NCBI GenBank assembly: GCA_043228905.1
Contig: JBHGNT010000017.1
Span: 13,144,001 to 13,208,000, forward strand
Reading direction: 5' to 3'
Length of the DNA: 64,000 bases
From: Azolla caroliniana
Taxonomy: Eukaryota > Plantae > Polypodiophyta
Shown here piece by piece: positions 48,446 through 60,800 of the stretch; the stretch's first letter is position 1, and every line of letters begins with the position of its first letter. The notes beneath the pieces are model-generated. The model did no database searches. It worked only from the letters and a program-made list of their open reading frames with translations, and had not been told where the DNA came from. The position numbers and the translations under genes were made by a program.

Positions 48446-51400
48446 TATATATGTTAATAGCAATAGGTGACAGTTTGGTTTGAGCCAAACATGGTTAAAT
48501 GACTTGAACAATTTGGTTTTGTTTTGCTTGTCGTGGAAGGTTGATTGTTTGATTTGAAAATGTTAAGCTTAACGGTTTACGGTTTATCAAGTTTGAAACT
48601 GTGGTTTAAACACCTTAAGGCTATTTGACATTAAAATGAATATGTTTCTTTAATGTTGATTTTTATTTATTTCCTTACTCTCAACTTTTGAAGATTTTGA
48701 ACTCCAATAAACTTGATGTTTTATTAACTTTATGAACCTCTTATGAATTATGAGTATTTTTTCAATGTTATGAGAACTTTTTTTTCATATTTTTTGAATG
48801 TAGCTTTTCCATATTTTAAAGCTCTTGACTCTCAAATTTATTTTTTATGCAAAGTATTTGTGAAACGCTTTGAATGGTTTATGCCTATGGGTTTAAACAG
48901 TTCAGATCGGGGGGTCTCTCAAATGGTTTGGTTTTAAAGTGTTTAGGTTTGAGGATCTCTTAAATGATATTGGTTTAAACAGTTTCGACTTTAAATTAAA
49001 ACCGTTTTCTGGAAAAAAAAGAACAGTTTGACGGTTTGGTTAAGTTTTGATTATTTTAAATTGTTCCATTTTAAACTAGGTTTGAGTCATCCAATCTGGT
49101 TTGAGCTGAACTGAACCACTACTTTGAGCTGAGATTGCTATGTGTTAAGGGAACTAGTTTGCTAGTTTTGAACTTCATGTTAGCCAGTTAAATCTGATTT
49201 ACAATACAATGCAGGGGATTGCAGTATGAAGCAGCATCAGGTATGCGATACTCTAACATCATAAGTGCACTAACTGTCATTAGCCGCGCAGAAGGGTTGA
49301 AAGGTAATATCTTAAACAAACTAGTGGTTAGTAATTCAGATATTTATAGACATTGTTTAATAGTCTCCCGTTCTTTGTAGGCCTTTACAGTGGTTTGCTT
49401 CCAACAATCCTGAGAGATGCACCTTATTCTGGTCTATATCTTCTCTTCTACAGCAGCATACAAAGGAACCTAACAGGTCTAGCTTTGCCACTCTCTCGGT
49501 ATGTGTGTGAATGTTAGTGTCATTTATGTATTGAGCCATTTCGAGATTAATCTGGATTCTGAAGTATTTATGAACGTTGTGATGATGCTAAAGTAAGGAA
49601 GAATAAATCTGAAAATTTCAAATCATTAGGCACATTGTTCGAAGTATTTCAAGGTTATCATGAAGTTTTTAATCTATTTATATCATGCTGATCCTGTTAT
49701 TGTTATTTATTTGATGTTTTAGAGTGGCAAGGTCAAGAGAAAAATTCACAGTTGCATTTAAATTTTCTGGCTGGTAAAGCTTTCACTTGATTATGGGATA
49801 TATAATTATTTATCAAAGTTTGTTTTAAATTATGGACATTGTGCGTTTGACCACTAATTTTGCGCTCTGTTTCCTCCTTGTTCAGGAGCTGTAGCGGGAG
49901 CAACTGCAACTGTTATGACTCATCCACCTGATGTGGTAAGGGTCTATTCTCGTTGTGCTTCTCACAGTTAATATTTTTCTAGAAGGAATAATGGCACATG
50001 TCTGGAACTGAGTTTTCTAAAATGGGATAGTTATGCATAGCTATGTCTTTCTTATAAACAAATATATATAAATACTGTGCTCTTACAGTTAATATTCTTC
50101 TAGAAGGAATGATGGCATAATTGTGTCTTATAATCAAATATATATCCTATATTTGATATTGATGCAGTCCTAAGTAGTTTTGAAAGAGTGCAGAAACTAC
50201 ACAAATGTGAATGAATCAGTGGGTAGAGGTAGTTAAAATAGGCTATATGTTGTATAGAGTTAAGTTCCTAAATCATTAAGCTGAGCAACTAATGGGGGTA
50301 AATTGGATTTTCGCTTATGAATGTGTGATATGTGTCTGTTCCAGTTCCCTCTGTATCCCTGAACTATTGCTTACGTGCTCAAGGTTTAATATTTAACACT
50401 CATGTTCATCCAAACAAGTTGTTCTTGTTCACATGGATCTATGCTATAATAATTTTGTGAAGAGCAAAACTTGTGGGTGTTATGGTATCAAAACCATTGA
50501 ATTCGAAGGGCTTTCCTGGGAATCTCCATGGTGGGTTGAATTTGGAGCTCCTAAAAGGGAAATAACTTCGTGGAATGATGATAGCTATGTGCAAAAGGCA
50601 AGGTACCAACTACATGGAACTCTATATATACCTGCATAAACCATTGGTCTGCAGTTAGAAGTCATTATTTGGAAGTATGCAATATATGAGAGGAGCACAG
50701 AGCACGTCTCTTGTCCACGGCAAATTCATTTATCTCATTATCTATTTTCCAATATGAACAATTCTATGCCCCAATCTTCCCTGGTAAAATGACATTTCTA
50801 CTCATCCTCAAAATCCCATCGTGTGAATCATAGGTAGAGAGGCGTAAAGCTAAAATACCTGAAAAACATGGAATTTTTGTTATTTTAGAAAGTATTTTCA
50901 ATTTAACCTAAATGGGTAAAAGAAGGTTATCATCATGAGAAATAAATGAAAAACGCCATTTTTAATAGAGAGGGAGGATTACATGTACAGATCCTCATTG
51001 TTTATGAGGTTGGGATTAAAAAACTAATAATGGTTTTGCTCTGCAAGTTTTTTATTTTGGTCCAGAAAATAGTTCCTACAAAATGTTCATATTTCTTGGA
51101 TTTCTTTTGAACATAGGTAAGGACGAGGATGCAGTTGCATAATACAGGCCACGTCAGTATATTTTCAGCGGCACGTACTATATTCAAGGTAACCAAATAT
51201 ATATATATATATATATATATCTACCATTATATTTATTGCTAGTTGTCCAGTAGTTTCTTTGGATTAATTTTTTTCTGTAAGGCTTAATTTTGGTAATGAT
51301 TCAGGTGCATGGAATTAGTGGTTTCTTTGCTGGAGTCCTTCCTCGAGCTGGGAGGAGGGCTGTTCATCAAGCATTTTCCTGGTATGTGAAATCTATCCTT

Positions 51401-51545
51401 AAAACAGCTAAAAACTGGAGGGATGTTATACAATATGCATATGGATCTAATATATTTCAGCTTCTAAGATGGAAAAAACAAATATGGCAGGACCATCTAT
51501 GAAGAGATTATACGCATGACAAGCCAAGTAAAGCCCGCTGACTAG
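47245..51545 (+). CDS. Mitochondrial carrier protein, SLC25A38/Hem25-like; 8 exons: 47245-47793, 49225-49303, 49381-49476, 49723-49773, 49886-49935, 51117-51188, 51305-51381, 51491-51545
   Basis: Three carrier repeats (QPFDVVKT, CPITVVKTRME, HPPDVVRTRMQ) and RDAPYSGLY, typical of SLC25A38/Hem25. All introns GT-AG and in phase, no internal stops. Confidence 0.88.
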
Positions 51546-52358
51546 GTTTCTCTTTGCTGCTGTGTATATTTAACAAAGGAAAATATCAGCTTTTGAGTAA
51601 AGGAAATTTTTACTCATGTATATATACAAAAGAATCAGCCGCCTTTAGAAAAAAAACAGTATCATTTCATTTTGCCATTGAACCACATACTGCAAATAAT
51701 TTATTTGTGGCTTGCTCTCACCAATAAAAGAAAGTTCATAATCTAATGCCGTTCTTTTGGTTGATTCTTCAATTCGTTTTAATAGTATATTGTGCTGCAC
51801 ATACGCGCCACACACTCACACAACATACTCACACCCATCCACACCCACACCTATGGACACAATATAGGAGATAGCATACTCTCTATTTCATCTTATTCAT
51901 ACTAACGATCCATAGTGACCTCTTCATCAGTGTTTATGTTTGGAATCTTCTCTTGAATATACTTATGATGGTGCCAGAATGGTGCATGGAGGGTGCCAAA
52001 GTCATCATGTTGCAATTCAACATCATCCTCTGCACATTGTCCCAAGTACATTTGAAATCACATGCCAATATCAAAACTCACAATCATGGGGATAACGATC
52101 GAAACAAACACATGTGAAAAGATGCATAATCGGAGTCTCCAAAGGTGCATGGGATAATGCTAAAGTCTTTATGATGTTCTTACCTATCCTCTCTAGCTTC
52201 ACAAATCATCTATATCTAAAAACACATAAGACTGTATTAATCTTAATCACGGGTTAATGGCTAAAACAAAACTTATATATATGAGAATATGCATGACCCA
52301 TCCCTTCTATATCCTTGCACTTCTTCCCTTTTTCATACAATTTTTGTGGTGTATAAGC

Positions 52359-52452
52359 TGCTTCTTGTTGACATATTTAATAGTCTAAAATATCTTTAGT
52401 AGACGTGCTTCTTGTTGACATATTTAATAGTCTAAAATATCTTTAGTAGACG
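52359..52452. repeat. 47-bp direct tandem duplication
   Basis: TGCTTCTTGTTGACATATTTAATAGTCTAAAATATCTTTAGTAGACG occurs twice. Confidence 0.9.
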
Positions 52453-52799
52453 TACACAGAATAATAAAATGAAGTATGAACAATCATTATACCTTGGAGA
52501 TTGACGCATCTAATTGTAGGGCCAACCTTAGAGATTAGATGCTCAACATATCCAAGAGCCCTTCGATGTGTAAGGTTGGTTCTATGCCCGTACTTGGTGT
52601 TTTGTTGTTAGATATTACAACATTCACTCAAACAATTCTAACGTGAGTGATTTTAAATACAAAATTATACCTCTACAAAAAATGAGTCAATACTAATTAA
52701 CCCTAATATACATGTACAAAATCAATTTAGTATTGAACAAATTGTGTGCCTCTACGTTAGGTTGTAATAGTGCTACATTAGTACTAAACCAACATCATA

Positions 52800-55528
52800 T
52801 CCCAATCGGAGGTCAATGTGGCTCAAAATCTCGACAAAGGAAGAAGCAAGTAGAGAAGTCTACATAAGAGAGACAAATCTCATGTTAGGTCCAAATCCAA
52901 AGGAAAGCTCACATGCATCTATTGTGGAAAACCTAGACACTTCTAGAAAGACTATTGACACCTTAAGAAAGACAAAGGTGCTCCAAACAATGTCGAACCC
53001 AAAAAGATTTCTGAGGAGAAGGGCACTTCAGCTATGGCTACGAGTGAAGAAGAATTTCTATTCATTTGTGAGCAGGCAATTGCAAACCTTGCAAGTGAAG
53101 AGTGTGCTTGGGTGATCGACTTCAGTGCATGATTCCATATAACTCCCTCGAGAGAGTGTTTCTCGTCTTACACAACTAGTGACTATAGCTATGTAAAGAT
53201 GGGAGACAATGGAGAATGCAAGATAGCTGACATTGGAAGTGTATGCTTGAAAATGTTGACCGGTTGTTGGTTGACCTTGAGGGATGCTCGACATGTGCTA
53301 GATATTAGGCTGAATCTGATATCGAATGGATGAATGGATGATGAAGGCGACAATGGTAATTTTCGAAACGACAAATGGAAGTTCTATCAGGGAAATCTCA
53401 TAGTGGCCCGAGCATAGAAACGTGGCACTTTGTATATGATGCATGCCAAGCTGTGCAAGGACGAAGCAAACGTGGCAACCAACTCGAGTGGAGAGATATG
53501 GCACAAGAGGCTTGGCCACATAAGCGAGAGAGGCATGCATATCCCAGTCGACTAGAAACTTCTTCCAGAAGTCAAAGGAGTGCACTTGGAGAGATGTGTT
53601 GACGGCATGGCCAGAAAGCAAAATAGAGCTGTGTTCCACTCGAGACCACCAAAGAGAAGAGAAATTGCACTGGAACTGGTACACACAGACGTGTGCTACG
53701 TGGATGCTCCATCACACTTGGCGAACAGTACTTCGTAACGTTCATTAACGAGTACCGTCAAAAGTTGTGGGCTTTCGTACTAAAGTAAAAGGATCAAGTA
53801 TTGTCGTTCTTCAAAGAGTTTCAGGCTAGAGCTAAAAGAGAGTTGGGTCAAAAGCTGAAGGCTGTTTGAACCAACAATTGTGACGAGTACAAAGGACAGT
53901 TCGAAGAGTATTGCAAGTCCCAAGGTATTTGACTCGAATATATAGTGCCTAAGACCCCTGAGCTGAATGGGCTTGTAGAGAGGATGAATCGAACTATCAT
54001 GGAAAGAGTGAGGAGGATGTTGTCGCATGCAAAGCTGTCAAAATCGTATTGGGATGAGGCAATGTACACGTTTGTTTATCAGTGCACGATCAACAGGTAT
54101 CCCTCAGTGCCCCTGAAAGGTGATGTCCCACAGAGGGCATGTACAGGTAAAGATGTCTCCTATCAACACTTGAAGGTGTTCAGATGTCTGACATATATGC
54201 ATGTTGCAAAAGACCAGAGGTCGAAGCTCGACAACAAGTTGAAACCATGCATATTCTTGGGGTACTCAGAGGATGAATTCGGCTACAGGTTGTGGTATTT
54301 ACTCGACAAGAAAGTGGTGAGAAGTCGGAACATCGTGTTCTTGGAAGACAAGAAAATCGAGGATTGGAAACAATAGAAGTCGGAATTGGCTTCCTAGTCG
54401 ACTCCCACTTCTATGATCACATGTCTAGTTGATTAGACACAATTGACTGTTAGAAGATAGCTAGTCGACTTAGCCAAATCGGAATTAGTCGACTCAGAGC
54501 AACCGACTGATACATATGAGTCTGAGTCGTTCTACCTTCAGAGATCGATTAAGGCATATGAGTTGGAGTCAGTCGATCTTCAGCAACTGATCGACATGCA
54601 TGAACTCGAGCCGAATGAAGAGTCAACAAATACATCCGAACCTGAGCTGACTATGGGAGGTGTGATATCCACTCAGACAAAGGAGAGCACCCACTCGATA
54701 CTCCAGTCAATATGTTCTATCTGTTGACTAATGAAGGTGAGCTAGAATGCTATGAAAAAGCCATGGCTGATGAGCACAAAGAGGAATGACAAAGTGCAAT
54801 GCAAGGCGAAATAGACTCCATACATGAAAGTTACACTTACGACTTGGTGGAGCTATCGAAAGGCAAGAGAGCCTTGAGGAACAAATGGGTATTCAAATTG
54901 AAAAATGGGGAAGATGGTATCACACCTAGATACAAGGCCCAAATTGTAGTAAAGGGATTTCAACAGAAGAAAGGGGTCGATTTTGATGAGATCTTCGCAC
55001 CAGTTGTAAAGATGACATCCATTCGAACAATGTTAAGTATTGATGCCAGTATGATCTAGAAATAGAACAATTGGATGTCAAGACAACATTCTTGCATGGC
55101 GAATTAGATGAAGGGATCTATATGCAACAAGCCGAAGGCTTTGTGGAGAAAGGAAAAGACAATCGGGTGTGTTGACTAAGGAAAAGCTTGTATGGTCGGA
55201 AGCAAGCTCCATGCCAATGGTACAAGAAGTTCGAATCCTTCATGCTGGAACATGGGTTCCATAAAACACAAGTTGATCATTGTGTGTTTTTCAAAAGGTA
55301 AGATGAAGGCAACTTCTTGATTCTCTTGCTTTATGTTGACAACATGTTAGTGGTTGGATAAGACACCAAGAAGATAGTGAGCTTGAAGAAAGCACTAGGC
55401 AAGTCGTTTGCCATGAAAGATGTTGGACCGGCAAAGCAAATATCAAGGATGCACATAGTTCGTGACAGAACTAAGAACATGTTATGGTTATCATAACAGA
55501 AGTATGTGACAAAGATCTTGGAAAGATT
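52800..55528 (+). mobile_element. Old degenerate Tnt1/Tork-like Copia (gag end to RT)
   Basis: PKTPELNGLVERMNRTI, RALRNKWVFK, FDEIFAPVVK; many stops; cut by the LTR at 55529. Confidence 0.88.
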
Positions 55529-57837
55529 TGTTAAGAATTAGGTAATTAAGCAAGGGTTAATTAGTACCTAATTATGCGATAAAGTTAAGCGGAAGATTAA
55601 GTGATATGTGTGTGTATGTGTGTGAGAGGAAGAGAGAGAGGAAGTTACACTTATGAACAACACAAGATGGGGGATGGTTAACTCTATATTTATATTAGAT
55701 TAGCATCATCATCATCAAAATACAAAAATACCCACAATGGGGTATATATAGATCTCATGTGTAAGGGTGCACATGTGTGAGGAGAATATGGGTACAAGGG
55801 TGTAAGTCCTATATTAAATGTACTTGGGAGTGGAGGATCTAGAATATCCCACTTAAGTACAAGGTCCTATTTAAGGCGTTATAGTCAACACTTCTAACTA
55901 GATTCTATCTAGGTAACTAAGAAGTTACATGGTTGACTAACTAACTAAACTAAGTTGAGCTTGATCTCTCAACACGCCCCCTCAAGCTCAAGTGTGAGGC
56001 CTCTAACATCTAGTTCTGCTTTCGGCATTGTCCGACTTTCGATGTCGGCTTCTGTGCGGTTTCTGTGTGGCTTCCGTCTGGCCTTCGACTTTCTTCAACG
56101 TGGCAATGTTGGGTCCTCCCCCTCAAGCCGGTGATGAAGGCTTGTAGTGTGTGGGCGAAGGCCGACTACTTCCACCCATTGTGGGATACGAGCCACTTCG
56201 GTGGAGCTCTTTTGCTCTTGTTTGGCCGGCACTTTCATTGCGAAGGCATAGTGATGGGCCATGTACTCGTTGTAGCCGTGCCAAGTGACGGGGTTCTTAG
56301 TTCTAAATGAGAGTCGAAGTTTTTTGCTCGCTGATGTGAGCGCCTTCTTTACTCCGGGTGTCCGCATGATGGGTACACCACACCTTTGCCTTTGTCCAAG
56401 GTCGTACTTAGTCGCGATGTGCTTGGGTCGCACGGGGGCTCTTGTGGCCCACTAAGCCTTGTCGTAATCGGACTTTCTTCGAACATGTGTTCGAAGCGAT
56501 CTCCATCTTCTACCTCTTGTTTGGCGGATTCCGGGTCGAGCGGAATCGGAATCAAAGTTGTCTCTGGTGCGTACCAGGATGCGGACTCGTCAAAGACTAC
56601 GTCTCGACTTACCCAAACTGATTGGGTAGAATGGCTGTAGCACTTGTATGCATTTTTCTCAGACGAGTATCCTATGAGAATACATTCCTCCGACTTCGCG
56701 TCGGGCTTCTGTCGTTGTTCGTTTGGGATGCGTACATTCGCAATGCTTCTGAACACCTTGAGGTGAGACAGGATCAACTTCCTTCTGACGAGCTTGTACG
56801 GAGTTAGCTCATGCACTCCATTAGTGGTGCATCGATTAATGAGATAGACAGTCGTGGATGCCGCGTTGGCCCAATAGAAGTTTGGCATGTGCTTCTCATG
56901 TAACATGGCCCGTACTACCTCGAGTATTTGCCGATTCTTCCTTTCGGCGACTCCATTTTGTTGGGGTGTGTGTCGACATGAGAATTCTCTCCGAATGCCT
57001 TCACTTTGGAGGTAGGAGGTGAATTCATCGGAGAAGTACTCCTTGCCTCCATCCAATCATAGGCATCGAATGTGCCGACCGGTTTTTTTTTCGACTTGGC
57101 CCTTGAGCTTTTGGAAGTGGGAGAACACTTCACCCTTCTTCTTCATTGGGAAGATCCACGTGTAGCGAGAGTAGTCGTCAATGAAGGGGACATAGAATCG
57201 GCATCCGCCAATCGTCGGCGTTTGAGCCGGTCCCCATACATCTGAGTGTATAATGTCGAGGAGGCCTTTGCTTGCGTAGCTCTCCTTCGAGAATGTGAGT
57301 CGATGTTGTTTGTTGAGTTGGCATGCTTCGCATACTCGGTCGACTTGTTTCGACTCGAATGTCGGAAGTCCGATGATGACTCCCTTTGATTGCATTGCTC
57401 GAAGCCGTTGGAGGTTTATGTGGCTGATTCTTTTGTGCCACAACTCGATGCTTGTCTCGGTTTTGAGACCTTTGGCATACATGGACGATTTCACCTCGTT
57501 CAAATCAAGGATGAACATTCGACCGTTTCTCCGTCCCTTGGCTATGACTCAGCCATCTTTCTCGATGAAACAACCTTTGTTGTTGAAGCGGACTTGCGTG
57601 CCTTGCTCCACGATTTGGCTAACGGAGACCAAATTCTTCATTATTGTGGGCACGTGTAAAATATTCTTGATGCAAGTTTGCTTGCCTTCTTTCCCGAATG
57701 GGACATTGCCGATGTGCCGAATGGGATGTGTGGTGTCGTCTCCCGTCTCTACGAAGCCGGGTCGATCCGGTATACGCAAGACATTAAACCACTCTTTGTG
57801 GGATGTCATGTGATATGAGGCACCGGAATCAACGAAC

Positions 57838-60800
57838 TGTCGGAATTCCGTGCTCGGCCACAACCGAGGAACAGGATCGATTCACAGAAAACAGGAAATA
57901 CAACAATGCACGAAAACAATAGAGAGAAGGGCACACTGGATGTTTTACGTGGAAAACCCTAAATGGGAAAAAAACCACGGGAGTGCAAGACTCCAACTAT
58001 CACTATACGCGGGAATGTACAATGGCGAGCTGCAAGGCGACGACCTTGAACTCGCTGTCCTCGCCACAGGCGGCGGTATTACACAGAGGCGTCGACCTCT
58101 TCCTTCCTCCTTCTCTCTCACTCTCTCTCGGCTGCTCTCACTTCGCTCCCTCTTAGTGGAAAACAGAAAAAAAAGAGCAACAACTAAAACTGTTTGCCCT
58201 AAGTCATATTTATACACATATGACTTTCGGGCTATTTACAAATATAGCCTCAAGGGCCCTTGGCAAACATATTCACAGATATGTCCCCGCATCCGGATCT
58301 CTCTCCGGGTACATACGTCAACCGACTCCGTAACCGGGGTCTTCAGCATCCGGCTCCGTAACCGGGTACTCTTCATCCTGCTTCATGCCGGGTACTCTTC
58401 ATCATACGGTTCCGTAACAGCCTCCGGGCTTGCCGTCATTCATCTCCGGACATCCCATCCGGAGGGACCGAAATCCCAACAAACTCCCCCTTCACTTCGG
58501 CATGGGATGTCTCTCCAACCCGATCCTCTTCCGGCATGCTTCCAGCTTGTCGGGTGTGAGCACCTTGGTCAGCATATCCGACCCATTCTCGTCCGTGTGG
58601 ATCTTCGTCAGCACGAACTCCTTGTCTTCTATTCTTTCCCGGATCCAGTGGTATCTACGCTGGATGTGTTTCGTCCGGGAATGGTAGGCCGCGTTCTTCG
58701 CAAGGTGGATGGCACTCAGACTATCGCAGTAGAGTCGGTACTCCTCCTGTCGGATACCGAGCTCTCTAATGAAGTCCTTCATCCATATTATTTCCTTGCC
58801 GGCTTCAACAGCCGCCATGTACTCCGCCTCCGTGGTTGACAGCGCAACCGTCTTCTGCAGCCTCGACTGCCACGAAACAGCTCCACCTGCATACGTCATC
58901 ACATACCCTGATGTGGACCGGCTGGTATCTGCATCAGCCGACATATCCGAATCGGTAAAGCCGTCGAATTCGGGCTTACCGGAGCCGAATCGGAGGCACA
59001 CGTTTGCCGTGCCCTTCAGGTATCGGAGTATCCACTTGACCGCGTTCCAGTGCTCTTTGCCGGGATTGCTCATGTACCGGCTCACCACTCCAACTGCATA
59101 TCCTATGTCCGGTCTTGTACACACCATTGCGTACATCAAGCTTCCGACGGCAGAGGCATATGGTACTTTCATCATGTCCTCCTTCTCAGCCTTTGTCTTG
59201 GGGCTTTGCTTGCTGGACAACTTGCAGTTTGCCGGGAGAGTTGACCCGACCGGTCTTGCTTCCGACATGTTGAACTGGTGAAGCACCTTTGTCACGTACT
59301 TCTCCTGTGACAGCCACAACTGCTTCTTCTTCCGGTCCCGGATGATGTGCATCCCTAGTATTTGCCTCGCCGGACCCAGGTCCTTCATTGAGAAGGTTCG
59401 GTGAAGCGCTTTCTTCAGCGCCCGTATCTTGACCTGGTCCCGTCCGACGATCAACATGTCGTCCACGTACAGGAGGAGTATTAGAGAGTCTCCTCCTTCG
59501 AACTTCTTCACAAACACGCAGTGATCAGACTGCGTTTTGTGGTACCCTTCGTCGGTCATGAAGGAGTCGAACTTCCGGTACCATTGCCGGGGAGCCTGCT
59601 TCAGTCCGTAAAGGCTCTTCTTCAACCGGCATACCAGGTGCTCCTTCCCTTTCTTCTCGAATCCTTCCGGTTGCTGCATGTAGATCTCTTCTTCGAGGTC
59701 ACCGTGAAGGAATGCCGTCTTCACGTCCATCTGTTCTACCTCGAGGTCCATGCTTGCCGCTATGCTCAGCACCGTCCGGATGGAGGTCATCTTCACTACA
59801 GGGGCAAATATCTCGTCGAAGTCGACGCCCTTCTTCTGCTGAAACCCCTTCACCACGATCCGGGCTTTGTATCTCGGGGGGTTTCCGGCATCTCCCGATT
59901 TCAGCTTGAACACCCACTTGTTTCGAAGTGCCCGCTTTCCTTTCGGCAACTCCACAAGTTCATATGTGTGGTTCTCATGCAGGGAATCCATCTCGTCCTG
60001 CATGGCACTCAACCACCTGCGGCTCTGGGTGTCATGCTTTGCTTCTTCAAAGCTCTCCGGCTCCCCTTCATCGGTTAGCAGCACGTGCTCTGGTTCCGGA
60101 AATCTCCGGGGGGCCCTTCTCTCTCTTAGAGGATATCTCCGTTCCGGAGCTTCGGTAACCGGTTCTTCCGATTTTTCTTCATCCGAATCCATTTCGGGAT
60201 CGGGGCCGGTTCCGGTATCATTTTCATCTTCTTCGGCCGGTTCTGTTTCTTCACCGTCTTCGGCCGGATCCTCGAGTGCTAACCGGTCTCTTGCCGGTCG
60301 GGACTGCTCCTCGTAGAGTTGATCCTCACCGGTCGACTTGGAGCTCTTCACCTTCTTCTCCGACTCCCAGTCGGCAAGTGTCTTGTTCTCCATGAAGATG
60401 ATATCACGACTCCGGAATATCTTCTTGTCGACCGGGTCCCATACTCGGTAGCCGAACTCGTCATCGCCGTAACCGAGGAATATGCATGGCCGGGTCTTTG
60501 GATCTAGCTTTCCTCTCCGGTCCTTAGCCACATGCACATATGCGAGGCACCCGAACACCTTCAGATGCCGGTAGGATACTTCCCTACCGGTCCACACTCT
60601 CTACGGCGTGTCTCCGTCCAAAGGTACTGAGGGTGATCTATTTATCACGTATGTCGCCGTCGACATCGCCTCAGCCCAAAACCCCTTGGGTAATTTCGCA
60701 TGCGCTAGCATACTCCGGACCCTCTCCATTATGGTCCGGTTCATCCTCTCGGCCAGCCCGTTCAGTTCCGGCGTCTTCGGCACAGTAAACTCGAGCCGGA

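Noticed and set aside
48465-49125. GGTTT/AAAC-rich intronic segment, possible MITE remnant
   Set aside because: No convincing TIR or TSD pair could be identified.
57850-58839. 329-aa plus-strand ORF and many other antisense or overlapping ORFs
   Set aside because: They run antisense through LTR/pol sequence or repeats, have no recognisable domains, and are expected shadows of GC-rich coding frames.
60601-60603. Programmed stop-codon readthrough
   Set aside because: The stop is mid-integrase, the context is not CARYYA, and a related copy has CAG.
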